A DNA stretch of 64,000 nucleotides from Octopus vulgaris (taxonomy: Eukaryota): NCBI GenBank assembly GCA_951406725.2, contig OX597814.1:103044001-103108000 (forward strand), given 5' to 3'. The notes below the pieces were generated by a model. The model saw only the letters and a list, made by a program, of their open reading frames with translations, did not search any database and was not told where the DNA came from. Position numbers and translations under genes: made by a program. Of this stretch, positions 44,742-57,159 are shown piece by piece; positions within the stretch are counted from its first letter, which is position 1; each line of letters begins with the position of its first letter.

Positions 44742-47700
44742 AGAAGGGGGGGGGGTTGTGTATAAACAAAGTATGTTTATAAATGATTATTTCAGGCAAG
44801 CTAAACTAATGAGTTTATTAATTTGCTTCCTTAACTAATTTTAAGCTACACCTCAAGAAATATTTACTTGATGAAATGAAATATGGTGACGTGTCAATCC
44901 TGCAGCAGCTTCTCAAATCCTGGTTACTTGATGATACTAAAGTCATCAATAAAATCCAAGGTAAAGGATACTATATTGGTAATCTTTCAGTAATTCTTTT
45001 TTTCATCCTCTTACGTTTTCAGCCTGACACCAAGGTCAATATGAGGAAATAATTTACAAACCACTTCTATAAAAATTGTCTGTTTAGGACCAGGTTTTCT
45101 ATTTTAGAAAAATCTACGTGTTTGGAGATTGTGAAAAGACTGCTGGCTTTCGTTTCATTAATACTTATCTGTGGTTGTGGTCGGCAGTGGAAGCTGTGCT
45201 CTTGATCCCCTTCTGTGTATGCATCTATGTTACATTTTCTCTTACTGTCACTGCTTCTCCTTCTTTGGTTATAGAAGTGTGATTGTTGGCATTGATGAAG
45301 GTCTGATGCACTCAGCTCTTTGCTGTTCCAAAGGTCAGGAAGCCTTCAGCTGGTCTGGTTTGTCATATATGTTAGCACTGTGGTTTTCTCCCTTCTACTA
45401 CCATTCATTCTGCTTACACTCTTCAAACTGAAAGTGATCCGGGATGCTAGATAAATTCTCAGATGCCACCAACATCTGGAACTTCAGAGACAAATCCATT
45501 CTATTCTTCCACAGATTGAACTTGAGTGCTATAATCTTTGTTCTTCCTCATTGCTGCCACTCCAGCCTGGTCCGTGTTGGGATTCATCTTTTGGTCACTC
45601 ATCTTTCCAAGTGAAATAAGATCCCGGTAAAATCTTGGGTTGCATTGGTGGCCATAGCCAGAATCTTAGTGTCCACCTTATTGTTAAGGGACAATCGTCC
45701 TAAGTTGTTTACTTCTTGTTATAAATCCAATGCAGGACCACGCTTTCCACAGGCATTTTATGACTTGTACTGGACTGGGACACTGTAGCTTTCTTTCTTT
45801 TCTGTTTGAGGCAATGACAAATTCATAGTCATGGCCGATGCCAGTGTCGCGTAACTGGCACCCGTGGCAGTGGCATGTAAAAGGCACCCATTACACTCTT
45901 GGAGTGGTTGGTGTTAAGAAGGGCATCCAGTCATAGAAATCATTCCAAATCAGACTGAAACCTGGTGCAGCTCTCCAGCTTACCAGTTCCAGTCAAACCA
46001 TGTAACCCATGCCAGCATGGAAAGCGGATGTTAAATGAAGATGATTATGATGCATTAGTTTTTTTTGTTTTGGGATGAGCTATGTACTTCAGCAACAGGA
46101 AATTTCATGAATCTCAAGCATGTGATATCAGATTTATCACTATCATCATCATCATCATGGCAGTATAAAGGTACATTGATTGGATCAGGTCTGTTCACCC
46201 AACTGTGGAATGTGCGACGATTCGGAAGAGACCACAGCTCACATTGTATTGGAATGTCCACAGTAAGCTCAGAATAAATACAAACAGTGTTGGTATAAGA
46301 TTGCAATAATACATTGGAATTTTTACAGGAAATTTAGTTTTGCATGCAGATAAAAAAAGTTATAACCATTTTGTGGGACTAGAGATGCAAACCCTCGAAA
46401 ATCCAAGACATCATAAGAATATGTAAAGGTTCTTAATACAGTTGATATTCTATGGGTTCGTGTTGTGTGTGAATGTATATGTATGGACCAGTTACGAGTC
46501 TATCATTTCAATATAAACCATTCATGAACATTTGGAATCTATTGTTGTGAAGGTTGTATAGTCTGAGCCTGTTTGTGACTTCTACTGAATCATTTGTTCC
46601 CCACCACTGGAGTAATAACATTTTTATGAGCCGTAAAGGGATGTCACAACTAACCACACGTATAGAATTATCTGTATATCACTGTCATCCATATGGGTAA
46701 TCATTCTAGCATAAACTAATGGCTACCTGTAATAGGGGAAATATGATTGAGCTGTAACCACATCCAACTGAATAACGAAACTCATTTGAATTTGGTTTCT
46801 GCGGTTGAACCACTCAATTACCTCCCTTGTATTAATTCAGAGGCCAAGTTGCATTTGGTGTTGAATTAGGGGAACTACTGTAATCTTTTTGCCTATCTTA
46901 CCTATATCTAATATTGATGGGTTGATTAATTTAATAGTGAGCTATCTGCTAAAGTCTAGTGTATGCTCTTTCACTTTATTGGTACAGGTTTTCCATTCTT
47001 TCTGAGTGGATTATCAAATCCAGGGAATTATGGACACTTAATCTGTAGTGTGGAACTTGTTTCTATTTCTTTTAAACAAACTTCTTTTACAGCGTGGAAG
47101 GTGTTTATAAGCGTTTTAAGAAACACACAAAAACCATTAGATTCACTTCAACATTTAAATTTAATTTGTCAAAATATTTTCGTCGCTTTGAGACTGCGAC
47201 CTGTTCACTGACAAAATTCCATGCTGCATTTTAAATGGCTTATAAACACCTTCCATTCTGCAATTGTTTTTGTTCCAGCATACGATCTCAGATCAGGTCA
47301 CTTGCTATGCAAGTACATCTCCGCAAACTTCTTTTAATCATGGATAATCATTCAACTATGGTAGTAGTTGAATAATATTCTTAAGGTTGCAATTTACTCA
47401 CATGCAGCATCTTTCAGAGCTTGTCGCTAATTCAGTTCTGAACCAAATTGAAAACTCTTAACACTTTTGAAGAGGACTGGTCCCTAGCTACATTTTGGCA
47501 TTAAAAAATTGAGATTTGATCCAGTAGAAAAAAGTTTACATCAAAATTTGTAGCGACGTTTTTGGAGAGTAAGTAATGCAACCAATCAAGTTTAGATCTA
47601 AATAACTTTTTTTTATAATAAAGATTGTTTGCCAATATAACATGGCAGTCCTGGTTTAGGACTAATGTTGCTGTAATTTAGCCCCAGGGGACACCATCTA

Positions 47701-49375
47701 CAGCTGGCTATACAACACAATCTGTGTCCTTATATTTTCGAACAGATCGTGTTGTATAGTCAACTGTAGATGATGTCTCCTGGGGCTAAATTACAGCAAC
47801 ATTCGTCCTAAACCAGGACTGCCATGTAATGTTGGCAAACAATCTTTACTACAAGGTACTGTTGCTGAATATCTCACGTTATGAGATTTAGAAATAGTAA
47901 TTTTCGAACTTTTTTTAACTTTAAAAGCAAAATATATTTATCTTAGCTTCAATGATAGAAGAAAGCATGAAGAATTTCATAGTTTTGTTCCTATGCATCA
48001 AAAATGTGTATCAAAAAAGTTGTGAGGTAAAATATCATGAAGAAAAATTGAAGTACTTTGATTAAGCTTAAATGAAAGAGCTCAATTTGAGGAATTTCAT
48101 GGTATCAATCTCTTGCAATGAAGTTTTAAAAGAAAAATTATGAGTGCTTGTTTCTCAAATTTGAGGGTGATAATATAATTGTATACTTTTTTATGAATAT
48201 AGTTAAGGGGGCTTTTAATATGTGAGCGACATCATTGAGGTAAGGAAAAAAATTATCAATGACACCACTAATTGACACAATATTAGTAAGCATTACAGCA
48301 TATCCTGGAAAAGACATGGATTACATGGAAAAATGCAAGCAAGAGAAATAATATTCTTATGATTGTAAACCTGGAAAATAACAGGACAAGTTATTACATT
48401 TGGAAAAGTTCAGAACAACTTATTAAATCTGGTAAAATATAGAACAAGAAAATTTTTACTTAAAATATTGCAGCTAAGAATAAAATTTGAATATTAAAAA
48501 TCATTTGATTTTAATTTACAAAGTAACATTGTGGCACGTAAAAAGCACCATCCATCCGTGGCCATTTGCCAGCCCCGTCTGGCACCTGTGCCGGTGGTAC
48601 GTAAAAAGCACCCACTACACTCACGGAGTGGTTGGTGTTAGGAAGGGCATCCAGCTGTAGAAACATTGCCAGATCAGACTGGGCCTGGTGCAGCCTTCTG
48701 GCTTCCCAGACCCCAGTTGAACCGTCCAACCCATGCTAGCATGGAAAGCGGAATACTTTAAAAATGAGAGCCAGAAGTCCCAATATAGCTAAAGTTTTAT
48801 GACAAGTAGAATAGTATATATGGTACGCAAATTCATTATGTAAAAAATAGGCATTGGGTCAAGACAGAAAATGTGGAGACTTGGCAGTAATAACTAATTT
48901 TTGTATTCATCATCATCATCATCATCATCATTTAACAATAGTCTTTTGTCAGAAACTTCCTAATTAGCATTTATTGTGAAAAACTGATTTTGATTGTTTG
49001 GTCTCAACTCAAATGATCAAGAATGTACCGAGATTGGATTATTTAAAGATCTTTCTTTTTCAGTATTTATGATGGGTTTTATGACAAATATTCTTTTGTA
49101 CCATCATGATTTGTTGTTACCTGTTTAACAAATATTAGAATATCCTGATTGCATCTTTTTCACGAATGTCAGTTTGTCCCAAAACATAAAAGCAAGACAT
49201 TTGTCAGCAAACAAACCCTTACTCACTGTTCTTTCTTTCACATTGAGTTTTTATGCTTTTTAATGGAAACATTTAATGTTTTCATCAGTGTTGAAGTTTC
49301 TGTAAATTTTATTGTTTGTTTCTTTGTTTTCCAGAAAGACTTCTTTATTTGGAGGATTTCATGAACGAACCTTAA
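40284..49375 (+). CDS. C1orf109: C1orf109 / AIRIM orthologue (AFG2/SPATA5 complex, pre-60S maturation), 4 coding exons, 603 nt, 200 aa
   Basis: Exons 40284-40567, 42111-42272, 44845-44960, 49335-49375. LRHAFLAVQHCASVWQ, LFNLCEQ, SPTLATMLEWLDDTERQVFVQLHLKKYLL and IQERLLYLEDFMNEP* are colinear with recalled human C1orf109 (LKKCFPVVEEQQGLWQ, LSNLAEQ, SPSVADMLEWLQDIERHYRKSYLKRKYLL, VQDILLNVSFFLEE). AATAAA at 49658. Confidence 0.9.
42111..42272 (+). CDS. C1orf109: C1orf109 coding exon 2
   Basis: Acceptor TTCATTTTTAG. Ends at U12 donor CA|ATATCCTTT; alternative end at 42261 using weak CAG|GTTTTT. Confidence 0.88.
42850..44090 (+). mobile_element. RTE LINE fragment inside the U12 intron
   Basis: GDHTSQIDYIL, WKCHYERLL, VVPNDW, NYRGIKLLDQVIK, STTDAIFLVRQLQEKYL. 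Confidence 0.9.
44401..44519. repeat. Perfect 52-bp inverted repeat with 15-nt loop
   Basis: 44401-44452 is the exact reverse complement of 44468-44519; flanked by (TA)n tracts. Confidence 0.95.
44845..44960 (+). CDS. C1orf109: C1orf109 coding exon 3 (LHLKKYLLDEMKYGDVSILQQLLKSW...)
   Basis: Preceded by U12 branch point TTCCTTAAC at 44827-44835; donor AAG|GTAAAG, phase 1. Starts at 44846 if the GT-AG alternative is used. Confidence 0.88.
47090..47323. mobile_element. Small non-autonomous Penelope/retrozyme-like insertion with hammerhead motif and 13-bp TSD
   Basis: TSD CAAACTTCTTTTA at 47077-47089 and 47324-47336; about 30-bp internal inverted repeat; hammerhead fold at 47165-47215 on the minus strand. 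Confidence 0.7.
47165..47215 (-). ncRNA. Type I minimal hammerhead ribozyme candidate (G3:C8 core variant)
   Basis: UUUGUCA-GUGAACA-G-GUCGC-AGUCUCAAA-GCGAC-GAA-AAUAUU-U-UGACAAA: 7-bp stem I, 5-bp stem II, palindromic stem III. Confidence 0.6.
47619..47848. repeat. 107-bp imperfect inverted repeat with 16-nt loop
   Basis: 47619-47725 versus 47742-47848; 8 mismatches by manual alignment, no indels. Confidence 0.92.
49335..49375 (+). CDS. C1orf109: C1orf109 terminal coding exon (ERLLYLEDFMNEP*)
   Basis: Strong acceptor TTTGTTTTCCAG, phase 1, TAA at 49373-49375. Confidence 0.85.
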
Positions 49376-52300
49376 TTAAGGATTGGGAATCAAGCAGGAT
49401 CTCATTGGGTACATTCTCCGGATCAATACTAAAAGAAAACAAAATTTATTTGTAATTAATTGGGTTAAACATGTCATTGCTCTCAGGGAAAATACAAGTG
49501 TGTTTCAATAGACACCACAGATTGAAAAGTTTTAGATGAAAGTCAAAGAGGAACGTGAGAAATGGTGACTTTTGGAAGCTATTTTATTTCTGTCTAAATC
49601 TTGTTCTATTTAACAATTTGAATAGTTATTTGGTATTGAGGCAGCAGTTAAGGAATCAATAAATGTTCATTGATCTATATGGAGAAATGCTTTACCTAAA
49701 TTCTAAAATCTTTATTCAGCTGATTTGATTTGGTAAGCACTAAGCTTCATTTTATTTGTGGATTGTAAATTTACTCAGCAGATATCCTTAGATTAAAACA
49801 ACAGTCGTTGTTGTTGTTAGCGGCTTTGTTGAAATGTTACTGGTGTTTGTTGTGAGTAATTTACAATCTCTATAAAATAGTTGCTTTACAATGTTGAGGT
49901 CAGTTGATGCTTTACATTAGGGTTGTTTGTGTGAGTAGCTCTTTCTTGGAACAGTAGCTGAGTACTGTGTAGATATTGCAGAGGTGAGGAGTTGTATTAG
50001 AAAGTTTGTTTTTGAGTAGTTGGTACTCATTGGGTTGATGTGAGGACTTGGTACGCTGTATAGTTTTTATTCTTTATTGAGAATATTAATATTAGTGGTA
50101 GCTATTGTTGAAGAAGTTACTTTGAGGATGTAATATCGTGTCAGGACACTCAGTGCATGTCGCAGTTAGTTGTCAGAGGAACTCTGGAGTATTGCTGCCA
50201 ATATTAAACTGGATTAGACTGCCTCAGTTATATCTCTATGTTCCAGTTTCAAATCCTGCCAAGGCTACATTTGTCCCTTTTAAACTAAATTCTAGCAATG
50301 TTCTTGTTTCTTATAAACCTTTGGCCTCATTAGACAGAATTTCATGTGATAATATAAAGGTGCAGTAGCAGAATTGGTAGTTTTTGTGATAGTAACTACC
50401 TAATGGTATTTAGTTTTGTCTTTCTACATTCCGAGTTCAAATCTTGCTGGGTCAAATTTGCCTTTCACTCCTCTGAGATCAGTAAAATAACTATTAAAAG
50501 ATAACTGAAGTTGAATTATTTAAGTATATTTCCCTTCTTAAGCACACTTAATGCCTATTCCAGTGTGAGGGATGAATATTGGTTAATAGAGATGGGGTGG
50601 GTTTGACAGAAATAGTAAAGTGCCAAATGAAATTTCTTAGTTTATTCTTGGTTAAAAAATCAATCTCCTGAAAATTTATAAAATAAATACCAAAAAATAA
50701 GTTGGCTTCATTTAAATAATTCCACTCCTACAAATTAAGGGTTCTGTTTAAGGATGGTCTGAAAATCAAAGGGGGACATCACAAGCTGAAGATGGCATCT
50801 TAAGCTAAGGGAGACATCAAAAGCTAACTTCATCTAAAAGAAATAACTTGGTATTTTCAAATTAAAAATAGAATTTTACTTGATTATGGAATGAAAAGGC
50901 TAAAAGTAATTAAAATGCTTGTAGTAATACTGCTGTTTGTTCACAAATTTTCGTTAAGAATAAATAAAAAAACTGTTTAAAGAAATTGTTTTAATTATTG
51001 AAATAGGTTGTTAAATGTAGAATTGTTAGCATAACATGAAAAAATAGTTGTTTTAGATAATTTGAGCTTTGCTTAGTTTAGAAGGTTACTTCACTTTCAC
51101 TGACAAATTTAGATATTTTAAGAAATCTGATGTGATTGATTTTTTAAAAATGATTTTACATCAATTTATTGGGGCAATTACTTTTGGAACTGGGTATACG
51201 TCCTACCACTTTCCACTCAGCTGGAGCAAATAGATCTCAGTGCTTTGCTCAAACATATAAGACAATGGAAGTTGTAAAATTTGAACTTATGACCTTGAAG
51301 TTGCTAGGCCAACACTTGAACCTTACTGGTAACAAAAAATAAAAAATGAAGTAATAAAATTTAATTTCATAGTGGCCTGTTGTCAGAAGACAAATTTTTT
51401 TTATCTGAATAAAAAATAAATGATTCTGAAGTATTTGAGATATTAAGTTATTGCAATAATTAGTTTCTCTTGAGATTATTACAAACCTTTGCAAGTTTCT
51501 AATTAATAATCATATTGATTAATTTAATAATTGTTGATTGTTGTTTTTATTGTTAAGCATTTCCACCAATTATGAAAACTGTCAATCACAAACAGTTAAA
51601 TATTAAACCATTAAAACTGATATTGGTCTTTTATGTGAGATGAAGGTGCCAGGCTTTTAACTACATTGTCATGTTTGAACCTTATTGCGACAGCTGTTGT
51701 GTTGTGGCCATAATTCTGTTTCCCTCAGTTGATCTTACTACCACCAGAAGACTTGAGTTGTACTTTGCTATAAATAGTGGGGTTAACCATGATATTACAT
51801 CCAGCTGTTAAACTAATCACTCCAACAGGAAACAACTTTGTAAAAGCACCATTCTATTCCTGCTAGCATGATCTATGGATATAGAACAGTTTGGTCAAAA
51901 AAAATATATCTCTGGTTTTCTTTTACATATTTCTGGTTCAGCACTAAATTTCTTTGTTGGCCATTTTATTGCCATCATAAATTATCATGATCCCCCCCCC
52001 CACATTTTTTTTTTAAAATCTTACACCAGAACATTGATGAGTGTGATATATTATTAAATATAACAAATGATCATATTCCAAATGTTTTTTGTTTGGTTTT
52101 GAAAATAAAATAAATTTAAAACTGACATCTTTTTTTTTTATTCTTTTGGTTTTTTTCATGGTATCAGTTTTATTACTTTTTTATTTTCATTTTAATCTGT
52201 TAAGTTATGTCTTGTAACTTACAGACAGTTTATGCAGTAAGGGATAGATATGAAAATTTATTGAGTCTAGTGACATTTGGTAAAGAGATACAAAGTGGTT

Positions 52301-52407
52301 TGAAAACCAGCAACAGATAGCAATGCATAGAACCTTGGGAAACTAAACAAGAACAATCCACCCCAAAGGCTTAAATCCAGATTTAAATTACTGTTTTGAG
52401 ATGCCTA

Positions 52408-52662
52408 TAGGAGCACTCCGTCGGTTTCGACGATGAGGGTCCCAGCTGATACGATCAACGGAACAGCTTGCTCGTGATATTAACGTGCAAATGGCTGAGC
52501 ACTCCACAGACACGTGTACCCTTAACGTAGTTCTCGAGGAGATTCAATGTGACAAGGCTGGCCCTTTGAAATACAGGTACAAGAGAAACAGGAAGAAAGA
52601 GTGAGAGAAAGTTGTGGTGAAAGAGTACAGCAGGGTTCACCACCACCCCCTGCCGGAGCCTG
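52408..52662 (-). mobile_element. 5'-truncated SINE with 23-bp TSD
   Basis: AAATTACTGTTTTGAGATGCCTA at 52385-52407 and 52663-52685; body shared with 11077-11335. Confidence 0.88.
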
Positions 52663-53059
52663 AAATTACTGTTTTGAGATGCCTACAGATTATGAAACAG
52701 AGGTCACCTTTTAGGCTTTTACTTTGAAAGTATTGACTCCAGTTTCATTTCAGTCATGGAAATATGGGTACATTCTTTACTCTGTGATGGTGTTTTTAGC
52801 ATGGCTAGTTACATCTTGTTTCAGAAAGACCACTTAATCATTGTTTGGGTGGTGTGATGGTTTGTGCTTGGACAAGTCTTTCAGCAACTCCTTGCAATGA
52901 TATAAAACAGTTGTAGCAAAAGATATATTTCTGCAACATTCCTCTAAGCATATCAACCGTTTTACTTGGAGTTGTTTACCATGCCACAAGTTACCCCATC
53001 AAGACTGCTTTTTGACTTTCTCAGAGTTGTATCTATGAAAACAGCTACTTGTCTTTTCA

Positions 53060-54110
53060 TTCTGGTCATTTCAAGGTGACACTGTTCGATTTGTAGGAAA
53101 GGTGTTGGCAGGAACTTCATACAGTGTAACCAGTGTCAGCTTTGTGCACACAAGAGGTGTAGTGGATTAATCAGAAGATTATCAGAGAAGGTAGTGTTCG
53201 TATGTGGAAGATGCACATGAACCATTCAGAAAATTGATTCTCCCAAATGCCTTGGTCGCTCATTAGAGGTAGTAAATAATTTCTGCAACCCAGGGGACCA
53301 AATTAGTAGCAGAGAGTGTAATAACTAGAATAAGAATAGGATAGAGGAAATTCAGAGAGCTGTTACCTTTGTTGGTCATGAAAGGTTTCTCCCTCCGAGT
53401 GAAAGGAAGATTGTGTGATGCATGTATAGGGACAGCAATTCTACATGGCAGTGAGATGTGGGCCCTGAATGCAGAGGACATGTGAAGGTGAGGGTGGAAT
53501 AAGGCCAGTATGCTCTGATGGGTGTGTAATGTAAATGTACATGTTTGACAGAGTGTTAGTGTTTTGAGAGAAGTTAGGCATAAGAGGAATTGTTTGTTGT
53601 GAGCAAGAGAGAAGACTGTGCTGGTTCGGTCATGTGATGTGGATGGATGCCGACAGTTTCATAAGGAAGTGCCAATCTCTCAAAGTAGATGGAACACGTG
53701 GAAGTGGGAGACCCAGGAAGATATGGGACGAAGTACTGAAGGGCGACCTCAAGACACAGAACCTTCCAGGCGAGATGACAAAGGACCAAGATGTCTGGCG
53801 CTTTGCTGTACTCAGGGAGACCCGTGCTCTGCAGTAGAAGCGTTAAGACCGGTCTCCCTGGGGGTAAGGATTGGCCTGTAAGAATCCTGTACCAATATCA
53901 CGTAAAATGCACTCGTGGCGGCGCCCGTGCGGGATCACGTAAAAGCACTCAACACACACTAAAGTGGTTGGCATTAGGAAGGGCATTCAGTTGTGAGAAA
54001 CAATTCCAAATCAGACTGGAGTCTGGTGCAGCTCCCCAGCTTGCCAGCTCTAGTCAAACCGTACAACCCATGCCAGCATGGACAATGAACGTTAAATGAT
54101 GATGATGATC
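53060..54110 (+). mobile_element. RTE LINE 3' fragment with (GAT)n tail
   Basis: RIRIG*RKFRELLPLL, RVKGRLCDAC, WFGHVM, VDGTRGSGRPRKIWDEV. Confidence 0.9.
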
Positions 54111-54899
54111 AGAAAACCCCTAAAACCCTACAAAGTGTAAATTGTTTCCTTGACTGGAGTCAAACTGGTCCCAAGTGATTACATCCTCCACAAGAAATCA
54201 CAACAATTTGGATCTGTTATTGACCATTACTCCTGAAACTTATCAGCTTCACGAGTGAGGCCCTTTTAGCCAGCTCTGATCTCACTAGGATCATTGCCAG
54301 TTTGTCACTTTTGGACCGAGAAAAAAGGAAAGACCTCCTTCAAATTGTTTAATTTGACTGTAACAATGCTGACTGTAACTCTTATTGTACTGAGTTACTG
54401 CAGCCAAATTGGCCAGTATTTTACGGCTCTCGAAATGTCAATACTAGCCTTTAATACATCTGGGCCACATGTGAAGTATCAGTACGATATAAAGGCGATA
54501 GAATCCTCCAAAGCACAATGTGAGGGACTGCAGCATTCAGACTTGTCAGAAAAGCACAATGAGATGCTGATCGTGAATACTAATTAAATAGAACAGAAAA
54601 AAAAGGTGCAACAGAGCAACTAACCTTATCAAGCAGGTGACTAACAAAAGCAGTACTTGAACATAGCAACCAACCTGGATAGTAAATTGTCCTGGAGATA
54701 TATGTGTTCAAAACACTCTCCAGTCAGTTCTCTTTGCAATCTCTGCATAGGTCAATAGTATCATCTTTACTGCGACTGGCACCAAATTACATAACATATA
54801 TTGATTTTCTCTTGCAATGCTGCGATTTCACTTTAAGCCTAAGTGTGACTATGCTTGCCCTAGTCTTGGTGGTGTTATTTATCTGCTTGTTAAATGTGG

Positions 54900-55660
54900 A
54901 GGCCTCTTTCTACTGTGCCAACTTTCACTCCACTCTCTGTTCTGCCTTAAGATAACCGTGTTACTCCAGAACTGGAATACTGCCAATGTTATTCCATGCT
55001 CAAGAAATATGACGACACATCACCTCTCAATTACTGTCCAATCAGCCTCACAAACTGTCTCACCAAATTAGTGGAATCTTGTGTCAGAAAAATACTCAGA
55101 ACCTCTAGAACTCTTGTAACCTTGTTCATGGGTAGATGTTATCTACTTCGACTTCGCCAAAGTCTAATTCTGTGCCATACAAACTATTTATGTCGAAACA
55201 CTTTGCAATGGAAGCGAGAGTTAATCTTTATAACTGGTCCATGATTCTTAGTTCAAAAGAGGTAGTCACAGCACTAGGTTGACATTCTGCACCTTGTGAG
55301 CCAACATTTGATGTCCCATAGAGATCTATTCTTGGTTCCCTATTGTTTGTAGCATATACTAACAAAAGAGAAGCCAATTCGAAGCATGTTATTATGTTAA
55401 AATATGCAGACAACATTAAGATGTACCTTGAGATAAAAAAAAAAACAAAAACAAAAACATGTCCTCTACGTTACAGATCTTTCCTGCAAAACGACCTTGA
55501 AACATTGAAGAAATGGATTGCTGACAGGCAACTCAAGCTGACTGTAGACAAATGCATCACTATATATTTTAGTAGGAAAATCCTGGAATTTACCTATTCC
55601 CTCCTCAACACAAACTTTATGAAGTCTGCTGGCGAATATGACTTAGGTATTAATGTTATC
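54900..55660 (+). mobile_element. CR1-type LINE RT fragment
   Basis: WNTANVIP, NYCPISLTNCLTKLVE, SILGSLLFVAYTN, LKYADNIKMY, LQNDLETLKKW...QLKLTVDKC. Confidence 0.8.
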
Positions 55661-56790
55661 AACTACATTTGTTTCTTTTTGTCCTCTATAATCATATTTA
55701 GCCTCCTTGCTTCAGTTGTATGATCAGTCTTTATGGGAAAGTCCCGTAAAATTCCATAATTCCGGTTCTCTGCCACAGCCTCCACTTCATGTTCATACCG
55801 TTTCTCTGTCATTTTGAGCCCACATACTCGGCTAACGCCCCAATGCACTCTTTTGTATACAGTCAGACTTGCGTTTATACTGTTTTTGTGCTAGCTTAGA
55901 GCATTCACTCATAAAACGGTTAATACTTTCGTCTCCTTTCCTACAGATTCTGCGTTTGTTCTCTGACGTTTGTCAGTCTTTGCCTTTATCAGATTTGTCC
56001 TAATGTTTTTTTTCGTGATCGGTTATAATTAGCACTTTAGTTTCTCACTTCAGGTTCCTGTCGGTCAGTCAGTTTACTTCCAATTCTTGGTTTGTTGTAT
56101 GAATCGGCCATGTCATTCTATTTCTTTCTCTCTGCTTGCTCTTTTGTTCTTCCTCTTGTTCTTGAATTCTCTGATTGAGTCAGTAATTTTTTTGGACAAT
56201 TCTAGCTGCTGAGTCTGTCGGTATTACTTTTAGGGTGATGTGCATTGTGCAATTCATACAGCTACCCTTGGTCTTCTACCAAAATTTTGAACCTTTTTCC
56301 TATTTCAGTAGAACATCTAAATACTGGCATAGCCCATGTATTTATTACTTTAATGATATTCCTTCCATTTAAAATTGCACCCTCTTTAAGGCTTCTCTTG
56401 TACTCTTTAGTGGCTTTCTTATTCATTTCTCCTTCGTTTTGCAGTACTCCAAGATACTTGTATCCCCCATTATTCAATAGAGGTTTAATGATATTGTCTT
56501 GTGATTATTTTGTGTGTTAATCCTTCGTGATCAACACTGAATTTATTTACCTCAAATCGCATTCCAGTATCTTTGCTGAATACTTTTTCTGTTTGGATTA
56601 GAAAATCCAGGTCTTTTTCCATTTTTATATACAGCTTGAGGTTATCCATACAGAGCGGGTGATTGATTTTCACCTTGGTTTTGGTAAACTCATAGTCAGA
56701 CCAGAATTTTTTCAGTATACTTTACAGAGGGATTAACACAAAAATGAAGAGTAACTGAGACAGCGCATCTCTCTGGAAAATCCTCATATT
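55660..56790 (-). mobile_element. R4/NeSL-like RLE non-LTR retrotransposon fragment
   Basis: KINHPLCMDNLKLY, DTGMRFEVNK, YKYLGVLQ, LNGRNIIKVINTWAMPV, ILRDFPIKTDHTTEARR. Confidence 0.8.
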
Positions 56791-57159
56791 TCCTATCAGA
56801 AAAACACCCTCCTTACAGATAATGTTCTGAAGGGTTCTCGGTTTAGTCGCCAACGGCCCAACTTTGTAGATACTGATCTGATATCAATCCCTTCAGACGC
56901 CTCTTGTCATGGTTTTGATGGGGAGAGAAATATAACGCGCTTGGGTTGATGAGATAAGGGAGAAGAGAGGAAAAAATAAAGGTGGGAAACTACGGGTTTC
57001 ATAGTGCGAGCTTAGCGCTAGTAAATCCACATAGCAGAGGTGGTTTCGCATCGGCCGCAAAGAGAGGAGGAAAATTTTATTGCTAGAAATAGAAATCTGC
57101 TAGAAATAGTTGGTTTCATTGGACAAATGTAAAGTTCTCTGAATTGACTCTCAGTCGCT

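Larger units (their letters stand above)
42273..44844 (+). other. U12-type (minor spliceosome) intron of C1orf109
   Basis: 5' site ATATCCTTT at 42273 and branch site TTCCTTAAC at 44827, both perfect U12 consensus, with no polypyrimidine tract. Confidence 0.88.

Noticed and set aside
45000-47000. Possible L1/Tx1 RT remnant (-, VDTKILA near 45650-45700) and possible integrase remnant (+, about 46300-46800)
   Set aside because: Too decayed to support a call without a profile search.
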